Shown here one piece after another: positions 29,591-40,196 of a stretch of DNA of 64,000 bases (positions within the stretch are counted from its first letter, which is position 1; every line of letters begins with the position of its first letter). The stretch lies in NCBI GenBank assembly GCA_963843515.1, contig CAWJKH010000007.1:324017-388016 (forward strand), read 5' to 3'. The notes beneath the pieces are model-generated. The model saw only the letters and a list, made by a program, of their open reading frames with translations, did no database searches and was not told the DNA's origin. A program made the position numbers and the translations under genes. The DNA is from an uncultured Actinomycetota bacterium (GTDB taxonomy: Bacteria > Actinomycetota > Thermoleophilia > RBG-16-64-13).

Positions 29591-32002
29591 TTACGGCCCG
29601 GACTCGATCGTCCCCCAGATGTCCACCGCGTCCACGGTGAGGAACTTGCCCGCCGCACTGGCCGGGCTGCGCACGATCTGCACCGTATGCTTCCCCTCGG
29701 GGAGAATGCCGGTGGACCAGACCTTCACCTGATAGGTGGCTGTGGCGGCTGCTAGGTCGATGGGCGTTGGGGTCATCTTTACCCCGTCCAGGTATACGTC
29801 GGCCTTACCCGTGGTGGTGCCCTTTGTGGCAATCCAGTCGAGGCGGGTACCGGTGAAATAGATGGTGGCCGAGGCGCCGCTCGTCGTGGAGCGGCCGTAG
29901 CTTCCTCCCGATGCCGCCTCCTTATAGAAGGCATCCCAGGCGCCCGAGTAGACGATGAGGGGATCGGTCTGCTCATGACGGGGCAGGTAGGCATAGTTGT
30001 TGGCCGTCCCGGTCGGGCTGCTCGAGCCCCAGGCCGTGGTCACTACCACGTCCACCGTGCCGACGGCATGGGCGGGGGCCACGGCCGTGATCTGGCCGGA
30101 CGAGTTCGCCACATAGCTCGCGGCCGGAGTGCCCCCGAAGGTGACGGCCGTCACATCCGTGAAGCCGGCGCCGGAGATGGCGACCGAGGTACCACCGGCC
30201 GCCGCGCCCGAGGCCGGAGCGACGCCGCTCACCGCCGGCGGAGCGTGACCGAGGCTGCCCACGACCTCGATCGCGTCCAATGTCAGGTACTTGCCCACCG
30301 CGCTCGCGGAGTTGCGCACGATCCTGACGGTGTGCGAGCCCTTGGAAAGCGTTCCGCTGGACCAGACCTTCACCTGATAGGTGGCGGTGGCAGCGGCCAA
30401 GTTGATGGGGGTCGGGGTGACCTTCGCTCCATCCACGTACACGTCGGCCTTTCCGGTGCTGGTGCCCTTCATGGCGATCCAATCGAGACGGGTGCCGGTG
30501 AAGTAGATGGTGGCCGAGGCGCCGCCGGTCGCGGAACGGCCGTAGCTTCCCCCGGAGGCGGATGTCTTCGCGAAGCTGTCCCAGGTGCCCGAATAGACAA
30601 GGTGCGGATCGGTCTGCTCGTACCGAACGGTGTGGGCCGTGTCGCTGTAGGTGAAGTCATCGGAGGCGGTGTCCTCGGAACTGCCCCCCGCGGTGGAGAC
30701 CTGCACTCTCGCGGCGCCTTCGGCATGGGCGGGAGCGAGCGCGGTGATCTGGGTGGGCGAGTGGACGGTGTAGCTCGTGGCCGGGACGCCGTCGAAGGTG
30801 ACCGCCGTCACATCGACGAAGCCGGTGCCGGAGATGGTGACCGAGGTGCCGCCGGCGACAGCACCGAAAGCCGGGGTGAGCGCGGTGATGCCGGGTGGAC
30901 CGTAGCTCAGACTGCCTACCACATCGACCGCGTCCACGGTCAGGTACTTGCCCGACGCGCTTGCCGGGCTCCGGACGATCTCCACCTTGTGTTGCGCCTC
31001 AGGGAGGACCCCCGTGGACCAGACTTTCACCCGATAGGTGGCCGTGGCGGCAGCCAAGTCGATGGGCGTCGGGGTCACCTTCACCCCGTCCAGGTATACG
31101 TCGGCCTTGCCGGTAGTGGTGCCCTTCGAGGCGATCCAGTCCAGGCGGGTGCCGGTGAAGTAGATGGTAGCCGAGGCGCCGCTCGTCGAAGAACGGGTGT
31201 AGCTTCCCGCGGAAGCCGCCTCTTTCAAGAAGGCATCCCAGTGGCCCGAGAAGCGGATACGTGGATCAGGCTCCTCGCGACGACGGCATTGGCCGAAATC
31301 GGGGGCGGTCACCGTGAGCCTGTCGACGTAGATGCCACCGATCTTGTACGTCGCCGTGTTCTGACGCATTTGCGCGTAGGGATGCCAACCTCGGGAGTCG
31401 AGCCACGCCGTGGTCTGACAGAGGTAGGTCGCCAGCCCATGCTGATACACCCAGTCGACGGCGTCGTATTCGCCGTAGACGCCTATCTGAGACAGGGGCA
31501 CCACCGAGCCGACTCCCCGAAAATACGCGTCTATCAGACTACCGTCGGTGAGGTTGAAGTCAACCGTGTAGTAGACGGGCGTGGTGGTGGGGACCCCCAG
31601 GCTTGCCAGGGCGGCCAGTGCGTCGTGCGCATCCGCCACGCCGGCGGCGAAGCCCTCAGTCGCCCGCCCGTGGTTGCCCGAATCCTCCAGCCAGAAGAAG
31701 TAGTCGACGCCGGCCGCCGTGGCCGCTTCGAGCTCGGCGGTGGTGACACGCCGCCACGCTGCCCCCTCCACCGGCAGATACCGCCCGATGAAGTCGCGCC
31801 CCGTGGCCTTGAGCTCGCGGAAGAACGCAGGCCAGTCGACTTTGGTGCTGGAGTAGTCCACGCCGCGGCGGCTGAAGTCTTGCGCGACCGCCTCCGAGCC
31901 GGACGTGGCCAGCCCGGCGATGAAGACAGCCACCGCGACCGTCAGAAGGAGGATCCACCGTCCGGCAACGGCCCTCGTAGAGACGCGAGTGTGCTTCTTC
32001 AC
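29591..32002 (-). CDS. secreted DUF1906 (Rv2525c-like glycoside-hydrolase-like) protein with 3 CBM-like and 2 IPT/TIG repeats
   Basis: GGAGG then GTG at 32002, signal-like RWILLLTVAVAVFIAGLATSGSEAVA. DUF1906-like RGVDYS...FIGRYL...VYYTVDF...GVYG. Then (CBM-like + IPT) x2 plus a third CBM-like unit at about 80 percent identity between units. Intact frame. Confidence 0.8.
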   Translation of the reverse strand: MKKHTRVSTRAVAGRWILLLTVAVAVFIAGLATSGSEAVAQDFSRRGVDYSSTKVDWPAFFRELKATGRDFIGRYLPVEGAAWRRVTTAELEAATAAGVDYFFWLEDSGNHGRATEGFAAGVADAHDALAALASLGVPTTTPVYYTVDFNLTDGSLIDAYFRGVGSVVPLSQIGVYGEYDAVDWVYQHGLATYLCQTTAWLDSRGWHPYAQMRQNTATYKIGGIYVDRLTVTAPDFGQCRRREEPDPRIRFSGHWDAFLKEAASAGSYTRSSTSGASATIYFTGTRLDWIASKGTTTGKADVYLDGVKVTPTPIDLAAATATYRVKVWSTGVLPEAQHKVEIVRSPASASGKYLTVDAVDVVGSLSYGPPGITALTPAFGAVAGGTSVTISGTGFVDVTAVTFDGVPATSYTVHSPTQITALAPAHAEGAARVQVSTAGGSSEDTASDDFTYSDTAHTVRYEQTDPHLVYSGTWDSFAKTSASGGSYGRSATGGASATIYFTGTRLDWIAMKGTSTGKADVYVDGAKVTPTPINLAAATATYQVKVWSSGTLSKGSHTVRIVRNSASAVGKYLTLDAIEVVGSLGHAPPAVSGVAPASGAAAGGTSVAISGAGFTDVTAVTFGGTPAASYVANSSGQITAVAPAHAVGTVDVVVTTAWGSSSPTGTANNYAYLPRHEQTDPLIVYSGAWDAFYKEAASGGSYGRSTTSGASATIYFTGTRLDWIATKGTTTGKADVYLDGVKMTPTPIDLAAATATYQVKVWSTGILPEGKHTVQIVRSPASAAGKFLTVDAVDIWGTIESGP

Positions 32003-32210
32003 GTCGGCCCTCCTCCCTCCGCGGTGGGCGGCGCGCCCCAACCGGGCGGCCCTAAGTCCATTCTAAGGAGTCGGGGAGACCTGCGCAAAGGGGCGCCGAA
32101 ACATGTCCCGCTTCGATCTTGGTGGGCTTTCCCGGATAGGTCTACTGGCCGCGGCCCGGACGCGTTACTATGCCGTGGAGGTTGCGTCGACGCCGGGAGG
32201 CGACCGGAGA

Positions 32211-33509
32211 ATGGCCATTGCGATAGTCGGCATGCTTGACGAGCGCGAAGAAGCGCTCAGGATGATCCGCGACCGCATCGGCAGAGAGGACACGCCACCT
32301 GCCTGATTGACATTAGCATCGGGACCGGAGCCATGATCCCCACGCTCGAGGCGGATGTGAGCTCCGCGGAGCTCGAGGAGCTGGCCGGCTCCGGCGCCGG
32401 TGCCGGGCCGCTGGTCGGCGCCGGCGCCAAGACCGGCGGACAGGGCCCCGCGGCAGCAAGGGGCACGACGTCGACTTCAGTCGTTGCCGACGGCCTGAAG
32501 GCCAAGATCGTCGACCTGTACCGGCGGGGCGAGCTCGAAGGGATCATCGCCATCACCGGCATGACGGGCGCGCTCATCGTGCTGCCGGCCATGAGGGAAC
32601 TACCTTTCGGCGTCCCCAAGGTGCTCGTCTCGGGCGCCACGGCCAGCCGGTCCACGCCGCCAAGTTCGGCAGCTTCTTCTCCGCCCGCGACATCACGGTG
32701 ATGCACACCGTGGTCGACACCGTGGGCATGAACCCCCTGGTGAGGGCTCTGGCGCTGAATGGGGCCGACGCCATCTCGGGCATGGTGGAGGGCGGGCCGG
32801 TCTCCTGCAGGGCGAAAAGCCCTCCATCGGCGTCACGGAGTTCGGCTACTGCGACAGGGCGCGTACCACCTCCGCCAGAACCTGGAGGCGGAATACGAGA
32901 TCGTCTCCATCCACGCGATGGGGATAGGAGACAGGGCCGGCCTCGAGCTCGCCCGCCAGGGGATCTTCAAAGCCTTCGTCGACCTGGTGCCCGGGGCTTT
33001 CAGCGAGAACCTCCTCGGGGGAACCGGGATGCGGGGCCGGCCGCCTGGACGTGGCCGCCGCGCTGGACATCCCCTACATCTTCTGCCCGGGCGGCTTCGA
33101 CATCATCAGCTGCGGTCCCCTCGAAAGAAGAGACAGAGATGATCCGCTCTGGCAGTCGAGAAGGATCGCCGAGAGAAAGCTGTACCTGGAGGAACCGCCC
33201 AGGGTCCAGGCCAGAACGAGCGCTCAGGAGATGGAGCAGGTCGCCGCCGCGGTGGCGGATAGGCTCGGTCGCTACCGGAACAAGGCGAGGGTCAAGGCGC
33301 TCATCCCCCTGAGGGGTTTCTCCTCTCTTAGCGTGGAGGGCGCCCCGCTCTACGATCCCGACTCGGACAGGGCCTTCGCCCTCGCGCTCGAGTCCCGGCT
33401 CGACCCGGCGATAGAGCTGATCGAGGTGGATGCCGACATCAACAGCCCGGTGTTCGCGACGGCGGTCGCGGATGCCCTGGCCCGCGCGTTCATGGAGGTC
33501 GAAGCGTAG
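32211..33509 (+). pseudogene. UPF0261 (Tm-1-like ATP-binding) family gene, copy 1, at least 5 frame breaks
   Basis: MAIAIVGMLDEREEALRMIRDRIGR, GHATCLIDISIGTG...ITGMTGALIVLPAMRELPFGVPKVLVSGATA, DITVMHTVVDTVGMNPLV, EKPSIGVTEFGYCD, LEAEYEIVSIHAMG and AAALDIPYIFCPGGFDII...LRGFSS lie in alternating frames. Confidence 0.7.
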
Positions 33510-35296
33510 TGGACAAGGTGCAATTCGTCGACCAGACCATCCGGGACGCCCAGCAGAGCCTCTGGGGCAACATGATGCGGACCGACCACATCGTTCCCAT
33601 CGCCGAGATCATGGACAAGGTCGGGTACTTCGGGATCGCCACGGTGGGCTCGCAGGCGTTCACCATCCAGGTGCGCAACCACGGCGAAGACCCCTGGGAA
33701 AGGATCAGGCTTCTGTCGAGCCTGATGCCGCACACCCCTCTCCGGGGCTCGTACCAGACGGCGAGTCTCTCCTCCTTCGACCTGAGCACCCCTCGAGACC
33801 TGATTTCGCTGTGGATCAAGAGGTCGGTGGCCAACGGGGTGCGCAGCTTCTGGATCTGCGACTACCAGGAGAACATGGAGCGGTTCAAGTACTTCGCCCG
33901 GATCGCCAAGGCCGAGGGGGCCCAGGTGGTTACCTCGCTGATGTGGACGAGCAGCCCGCTCCACACGGCCGCCCACTGGGTGGAGAAGACCCGGCTGATA
34001 GCCGACGCCAAGGACTGCGTGGACCGGATCATGATCTCGGACGAGTCGGGGGTCATCACCCCCGAGCAAACGCGGGAACTCATCTCCCTCGTGCAGCGAC
34101 ACTGCGACGAGATACCGCTCGAGTTCCACTGCCACTGCAGTTCGGGGCTCGCCCCGCTCTGCTATCTGGAGGCCGTGAAAGCCGGGGTCACCACCCTGCA
34201 TACGGCAGTGGCGCCGCTGGCGAACGGAACGTCCCTGCCGTCCACCGAGGCGGTCCTCAAGAACCTGCGGCATCTGGGTTTCGAGTCCGACCTGGACGAA
34301 GACGCTCTGGCAGCCGTGTCCGCGCACTTCCGTGGCATCGCCGAGAGGGAGGGACTGCCAACCGGAAGGCCGGCGGAGTACGACCTTTTCTATCTGGAGC
34401 ATCAGGTGCCGGGCGGTATGATGACCAACCTCACCCGCCAACTCCGCGAGATCGGCATGGAAGACCGCCTGCCGCAGATCCTCGAAGAGACCGTCCGCGT
34501 GCGCCGCGACTACGGGTATCCCGTCATGGCCACCCCCTACTCCCAGATCGTGGGCGCGCAGGCGTTCGAGAACGTCGTCTCTGGAGAGCGATACGGGAAG
34601 GTGACCGACGAGTCCATCAAGTATCTGCTGGGCTACTACGGCGAGCCGTCGTTCCCGCTGGATCCGGAGCTGATGGCCAAGGTCATGAGCCTGCCCAGGA
34701 CGCGCGAGTTCCTCGACTGGAAACCGGAGGGGTATTTGAAGACCGTCGACGAACTGCGTCAGGAGCTCGGCCCTGATCTCTCCGACGACGACCTCCTGTT
34801 GAAGGCGCTGATCCCGGGGAGGCCCGTCAAGCGAGGCGGTCCGGAAAGACAAGCGCCGGCCGGCGCGGCGGCGCCTGAGGCGACGGCCGCGACCGCGGCG
34901 GCGACGGCCCTTGGGGGGGCGGTTCCCGCAGCGCCCGCCCTCCCGCGGGAGTTCAGCGTCGAGGTGGACGGCGAGGTCTTCCGCGTCAAGGTCTCCCCCG
35001 TGGGCGCCACTCTGGGCGACACCCGCGGCAGCGCCATCGAGGCCGAAGCCGAGCAGGCGCCGTCCCCCCCGGAGGAGCTACCCGAGGGCGCCATCGTGTG
35101 CGGCCTGGCGGGACTGGTGCTCTCCATCCCCGTGAAGGTGGGCGATTGCGTAGCCGAGGGCGACGAGATAGCCATGCTCGAGACCATGAAGATGAAGAGG
35201 TCGATCGCCGCGCCCAGGCCGGGGGTGGTGGTGGAGATCCGAGTGCACGAGGGCGAGATGCTGGTCGCCGAAGACGTCCTCATGGTAGTGGCGTGA
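33509..35296 (+). CDS. divergent carboxyltransferase (PycB/OadA 5S-like) with a C-terminal biotinyl domain
   Basis: 595 aa, intact. DQTIRDAQQSL and EFHCHCSSG (HxH) metal-site motifs, and a biotinyl motif IAMLETMKMK. The canonical IKDMAG reads ISDESG here. Confidence 0.8.
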   Translation: MDKVQFVDQTIRDAQQSLWGNMMRTDHIVPIAEIMDKVGYFGIATVGSQAFTIQVRNHGEDPWERIRLLSSLMPHTPLRGSYQTASLSSFDLSTPRDLISLWIKRSVANGVRSFWICDYQENMERFKYFARIAKAEGAQVVTSLMWTSSPLHTAAHWVEKTRLIADAKDCVDRIMISDESGVITPEQTRELISLVQRHCDEIPLEFHCHCSSGLAPLCYLEAVKAGVTTLHTAVAPLANGTSLPSTEAVLKNLRHLGFESDLDEDALAAVSAHFRGIAEREGLPTGRPAEYDLFYLEHQVPGGMMTNLTRQLREIGMEDRLPQILEETVRVRRDYGYPVMATPYSQIVGAQAFENVVSGERYGKVTDESIKYLLGYYGEPSFPLDPELMAKVMSLPRTREFLDWKPEGYLKTVDELRQELGPDLSDDDLLLKALIPGRPVKRGGPERQAPAGAAAPEATAATAAATALGGAVPAAPALPREFSVEVDGEVFRVKVSPVGATLGDTRGSAIEAEAEQAPSPPEELPEGAIVCGLAGLVLSIPVKVGDCVAEGDEIAMLETMKMKRSIAAPRPGVVVEIRVHEGEMLVAEDVLMVVA

Positions 35297-35297
35297 C

Positions 35298-36759
35298 GTG
35301 ATCGAGAAGATCCTCATCGCCAACCGGGGCGAGATAGCCGTCCGCGTCATGCGCGCCTGCCGCGAGATGGGCATTCGCTCGGTGGCCGTGTATTCCGAGG
35401 CGGACAAGGACGCCCTCTTCGCCAAGTACGCCGACGAGGCGTTCCTCATCGGGCCGGCGCCGGCTTCGCAGAGCTACCTGGCCACTCAGAAGATCATCGA
35501 TACCGCCAAGGGATGCGGCGCCGACGCGATCCATCCCGGTTACGGCTTCCTGGCCGAGAACCCGAGCTTCGCCGCCGCCTGCGAACGGGAAGGGATCAGG
35601 TTCATAGGGCCTTCGAGCAGGGTGCTGGAACTCATGGGCGACAAGACGGCCGCCAGGCGGGAGATGGTGAAGGCCGGCGTTCCCGTCGTCCCGGGCGGCA
35701 CCGAGTGCGTCACCGCGCCGGCGCAGGCAACAGCCGTCGCTCGCGACCTCGGTTATCCCGTGATCGTCAAGCCCTCGGGAGGCGGGGGAGGCATCGGGAT
35801 GACCGTCGTGGCCGGTGAAGAGGAGTTGCTGGACGCCCTCGCATCCACCCAAGCCATCGCCGCCAACACCTTCGGCATCGGGGACGTGTACCTGGAGAAG
35901 TACCTGCCCGATCCCCGCCACATCGAGTTCCAGATTCTCGCCGACTCCCACGGGCAACGTGGTGCATCTGGGCGAGCGGGAGTGCTCCATACAGCGCCGG
36001 CATCAGAAGCTCATCGAGGAATCCCCCTCCCCCGCGCTCGACGCCGAGACCCGCGGCGCCATGGGCGCGGTGGCGGTGAACGCCGCCCGGGCGGTAGGCT
36101 ACGAGGGCGCGGGAACGGTCGAGTTCCTCTGGTCCGACGGTGAGTTCTACTTCCTGGAGGTGAACGCCCGCGTGCAGGTGGAGCACCCGGTCACCGAGAT
36201 GGTCACCGGCATCGACATCGTCAAGGAGCAGATCCGCATCGCCTCGGGGCTCCCCCTGGGCTTCACCCAGGAGGACGTCAGGATGACCGGCGCGGCGATC
36301 GAATGCCGCATCAACGCCGAAGATCCGTTGAACGGCTTCGTCCCCACACCGGGCAAGATCAGGGGCTACAGTCCTCCCGGGGGGACCGGCATCAGGGTGG
36401 ACGGCGGAGTGTACACCTCCTACACCATCCCCCCTATCTACGACTCCCTGATGGCCAAGCTGATCGTCTGGGGCCGCGACCGGGACGAGGCCATCAGCCG
36501 GATGCAGCGGGCCCTCTACGAGTACGCGATCACCGGCATCAAGACCAACATCCCCTTCCACCAGGCGGTCATGGGAAACGAGAGATTCAGGCGAGGGGAG
36601 CTGGGGACGCATTTCCTGGAGCAGGAGACGAGCCTTATCGACGACATGAAGAAGTTCGCCGAGCAGGAGCAGAGCCTGGGAGAAAAGCTCTCCGGTCTGG
36701 GGGAAGACAAGAGGAAGATCGCGGCGATAGCCGCTGTGGCAGCCGTGATCCAAGGCTGA
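35298..36759 (+). pseudogene. accC: biotin carboxylase (AccC/PycA-type), single frame break at a GGG run
   Basis: MIEKILIANRGEIAVRVMRAC...ILADSHG, then [22 protein letters not shown]...[16 protein letters not shown]. Deleting one G of GGG at 35952-35954 restores CAC GGC AAC GTG. Confidence 0.85.
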
Positions 36760-36794
36760 CAGGCATCACCACGGGAACGATTGGGGGGCTACGC

Positions 36795-38039
36795 ATGGGT
36801 GAGAAGCCGAGAGTACTGTTGATCGCTACCCTCGATTCCAAAGAGGTCGAGACGCGGTTCATCCGCGACCGCCTCGAGGAGGCCGGACTGGAGGTCTACC
36901 TCCTCGACGCCAGCATCCGCCGCACGGTCGAGAGCGACGCCGCCATCACGCCCGACCAGATAGCCGCGGCGGTGGGGATGAGCATGTCCGAGATCCGCGC
37001 CTTGAATCACGAGGGCAAGTGCATGGCCCTCATGATCCAGGGCGCGATCGTACGGGCTCACGAGCTTGACGAGGTCGTCGGCTTCAGCGGCATCATCGCT
37101 GCTGGGGGCTCCGGGGGGACCACCCTGGGCACGGCTATCATGCGCACCTTCCCGTTCGGACTGCCCAAGGTCATGATCTCGACCATGGCTTCGGGCATGA
37201 CCAAGCCCTTCGTGGGCACCAAAGACATCGTCATGCTCAACTCGGTCTGCGACGTGGCCGGCCTCAACACGGTCACCCGAAGAGTGTTCCGCAACGGGGC
37301 CCTGGCGCTGGCGGGGATGGCGCACGGCTACGAGGCCTCCGTGGGCTCGGGCAAGCCGGTGGTGGCCATGTCGACCCTCAGCACCACCGACCGCTGCTGC
37401 AGCAGGGTCCGGGCGGCACTCGAGGGGCGGGGGGCTGAGGTCATGGTCTTCCATTCCCAGGGGACCGGCGGGCAGGCCATGGACGAGACCGTGCGGGAGC
37501 AGGACGTCTCGCTCGTGATAGATCTGTCGCTGATCGAGGTGGGCGACTATCTCGCCCAGGGCCTGTACGACGGCGGCCCCGACCGATGCAAGGCGGCCCT
37601 CGAGAAGGGGGTGCCGGTCATCTTCGCCCCGGGCAACATCGACTTTCTCGTCGACGGTCCCATCGAGGGGGCGAGGGCCCGCTTCCCCGGAAGGATGTAC
37701 CACATCCACAATGCCTCGGTCACCGCGGTCCGGGCGGATGCCGACGACTTCAGGCGTCTGGCCGAGCATATGGCGGGCCTCATCGCGAAGGCGAAGGGCC
37801 CGGTCGCCTTCTTCGTCCCTCTGCGCGGCTTCTCCTCACACGACAGCCCCCAGGGCCACCTGTACGACCCGTCGCTGCCACCGGTCTTCGCCGAGCATCT
37901 GCAGAAGGTGATGCCCGCCGGAGTCCCGGTGATCGTGCTGGACTACCACATCAACGACGAGGGCTTCGCCGACGCCATCATCGAGCAGGCGCTGCTGTTG
38001 CAGGGTCGGCAGCCGGAGGCCGAGAAGCTATCCTCATAA
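36795..38039 (+). CDS. UPF0261 (Tm-1-like ATP-binding) family protein, copy 2, intact
   Basis: MGEKPRVLLIATLDSKEVE...GGSGGTTLGTAIMRTFPFGLPKVMISTMASG...DVAGLN...FAPGNIDF. Confidence 0.8.
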   Translation: MGEKPRVLLIATLDSKEVETRFIRDRLEEAGLEVYLLDASIRRTVESDAAITPDQIAAAVGMSMSEIRALNHEGKCMALMIQGAIVRAHELDEVVGFSGIIAAGGSGGTTLGTAIMRTFPFGLPKVMISTMASGMTKPFVGTKDIVMLNSVCDVAGLNTVTRRVFRNGALALAGMAHGYEASVGSGKPVVAMSTLSTTDRCCSRVRAALEGRGAEVMVFHSQGTGGQAMDETVREQDVSLVIDLSLIEVGDYLAQGLYDGGPDRCKAALEKGVPVIFAPGNIDFLVDGPIEGARARFPGRMYHIHNASVTAVRADADDFRRLAEHMAGLIAKAKGPVAFFVPLRGFSSHDSPQGHLYDPSLPPVFAEHLQKVMPAGVPVIVLDYHINDEGFADAIIEQALLLQGRQPEAEKLSS

Positions 38040-38053
38040 CAGGGAGCTGCCCC

Positions 38054-39652
38054 GTGGTCGAAGAGGTGTTCCGCAACGAGCCCGCCGCCGACTTCTCGCA
38101 GGCGGCCGATCGAGAGAGCATGACAGCCGCTCTCACGACAGTGCGCGCCTCATTCGGGCAGACATATCCCCTCTTCATCGATGGCAGAGACGAGCCCGGG
38201 CGGCCTACGGCCGCCTCCATCAACCCGGCCCGTCCCGCGGAGGTGGTCGGCCACGCATGCCAGGCGACCGCCGACGACCTCGACGCGGCCGTGGCCGCGG
38301 CAGGAGTCGCCTTTTCGACGTGGCGTGAGATCGACGCCAAGTCTCGGGCGGCCTATCTGCTTCGAGCGGCCTCCGCACTCCGCAGCCGCGTGTGGGAGGC
38401 GACCGCCCTGCTCGTGTTCGAGGTGGGGAAGCCGTGGGAGCAGGCGAGCCACGACGTCGCGGAGGCCATCGATTTCCTCGAGTACTACGCGCGGGAGATG
38501 GTGCGGCTTGCGACGCCGGTGGCACTTCCCTCGGGACCCGGGGAGCCGGAGACGAACCGGCTCTTCTACGAGCCGAGAGGGGTGGCGGCCGTCATCGCCC
38601 CCTGGAACTTTCCGCTTGCCATAAGCTGCGGGATGGTCTCGGCGGCGGTCGTCACCGGCAACTGCGTCGTCTACAAACCCTCCAGCCTGTCCCCCGTGAC
38701 CGGCCATCTGCTCGTGGACATCTTCCGCGAGGCGGGACTTCCGCCCGGAGTCTTCAACTACGTGCCCTGCAGCGGAGCAGGTCTGGGCGATCGCCTGGTG
38801 GACCACGCCGAGGTCGCTCTGATCGCGTTCACCGGTTCGATGGAGGTGGGGCTCAGGATCTGCGAGCGGGCCGCCAGGCCGCAACCGGGACAGCGCCACA
38901 TCAAGAAGGTCATCACGGAACTCGGAGGCAAGAACGCCATCATCGTCGACGAGGATGCCGACATCGAGGCGGCGGTGCCGCGCATCGTGCGCTCGGCGTT
39001 CTCGTTCCAGGGGCAGAAGTGCTCGGCGTGTTCGCGGGTGATCGTGCTGGACAGCGTCTACGATGAACTGCTCGAGAGACTGGTCCCGGCAGTGCGCTCG
39101 CTCCGGATGGGCCCGCCCGAGTCGTACGGCAATGATGTCGGCCCCGTGGTGGACGCGGCCGCTCAGGCCAGGATCATGGGCTACATCGATTCGCCGGAGC
39201 TGGCAGGCCGAATCGTCTACCGCAGCGAGGTGCCCGACCCCGCGGTCGCCGCCGGCGGATTCTATGTGCCTGTGACCATCGTCGGAGATGTCACCCCTGC
39301 CGATCGCGTGGCCCAGGACGAGCTCTTCGGGCCGGTGCTGTCCGTGATGCGGGCGAAAGATTTCGACCATGCGCTCGACCTGGCCGTCTCGACGCCGTTC
39401 GCCCTCACCGGAGGCGTGCTCTCGTCAAACCCGGAACACTTGGCCAGGGCAGTCCTGCGATTCCGGGTGGGCAATCTCTACCTGAACCGAGCGATAACGG
39501 GGGCGGTGGTCGGCCGCCAGCCGTTCGGCGGTTTCGGCCTCTCCGGAGGGGGAACAAAGGCCGGCGGTCCGGACTACCTTCCCCATTTCATGAATCCGCG
39601 AGTCGTCACGGAACGGCATCTGGGGGCGGGGACTTTTCGAGTCCTCGACTGA
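38054..39652 (+). CDS. aldehyde dehydrogenase, L-glutamate gamma-semialdehyde (P5C) dehydrogenase-like
   Basis: AGGGAG then GTG at 38054. FTGS, ELGGKN, catalytic [11 protein letters not shown], and a C-terminal [22 protein letters not shown] typical of the PruA/RocA group. Confidence 0.8.
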   Translation: MVEEVFRNEPAADFSQAADRESMTAALTTVRASFGQTYPLFIDGRDEPGRPTAASINPARPAEVVGHACQATADDLDAAVAAAGVAFSTWREIDAKSRAAYLLRAASALRSRVWEATALLVFEVGKPWEQASHDVAEAIDFLEYYAREMVRLATPVALPSGPGEPETNRLFYEPRGVAAVIAPWNFPLAISCGMVSAAVVTGNCVVYKPSSLSPVTGHLLVDIFREAGLPPGVFNYVPCSGAGLGDRLVDHAEVALIAFTGSMEVGLRICERAARPQPGQRHIKKVITELGGKNAIIVDEDADIEAAVPRIVRSAFSFQGQKCSACSRVIVLDSVYDELLERLVPAVRSLRMGPPESYGNDVGPVVDAAAQARIMGYIDSPELAGRIVYRSEVPDPAVAAGGFYVPVTIVGDVTPADRVAQDELFGPVLSVMRAKDFDHALDLAVSTPFALTGGVLSSNPEHLARAVLRFRVGNLYLNRAITGAVVGRQPFGGFGLSGGGTKAGGPDYLPHFMNPRVVTERHLGAGTFRVLD

Positions 39653-40196
39653 GCCCGCCAAGGTCCGGGCTGAGGTCGATGGAGGCCCAGCATTCCTTGG
39701 TGAGGTCCATCGCGACCGGAGGGAAGCAGCCATGGATAAGCTTCCGGCCATGTGCCTGGAGATACCGGACCACCGGGATGATCCCCAGGTCACTGGAGAC
39801 GACGACTGCCCAGTCGAATCCGTCTTCGCGGGCGAGTTTGAGGAGATCGTTGGCAATCGGATTGTCGCGGCCCCGCCCGCCCCGGCCCTTGGTGCCCTCC
39901 ACGCAGTGCGTGCACGCCTTATAGCAGCTCCAGCAGGCGCGCTTGACCTCGGTCTCCTGTTGCCTGAAGACCACCCGCTGAGCCCCGCGCGGCTTGTCGG
40001 CCTCGAGATGCGAGTACACGTAGACGACGCCGAACGGAAGCCGCGCTTCCGGCGCCGGAAGCATCTTCGCCACGCCGGCCTCCAATAGCTCGACGACCGC
40101 GGTCACGTCGCGCCCGAACGCGCCCCCGCCCCGCTCCACCTGCCACCGGAGATCGGGCAGATCGATCAACGCTATGACCCGTGGACTGAAGGTCAC
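39606..40196 (-). CDS. NYN/LabA-like domain protein with an inserted Cys4 ribbon
   Basis: The GTG at 40196 overlaps the SDR stop (GTGA). IALIDLPD...[11 protein letters not shown]...[28 protein letters not shown] resembles the NYN acidic core (weak, motif-level only). Confidence 0.55.
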   Translation of the reverse strand: MTFSPRVIALIDLPDLRWQVERGGGAFGRDVTAVVELLEAGVAKMLPAPEARLPFGVVYVYSHLEADKPRGAQRVVFRQQETEVKRACWSCYKACTHCVEGTKGRGGRGRDNPIANDLLKLAREDGFDWAVVVSSDLGIIPVVRYLQAHGRKLIHGCFPPVAMDLTKECWASIDLSPDLGGLSRGLEKSPPPDAVP

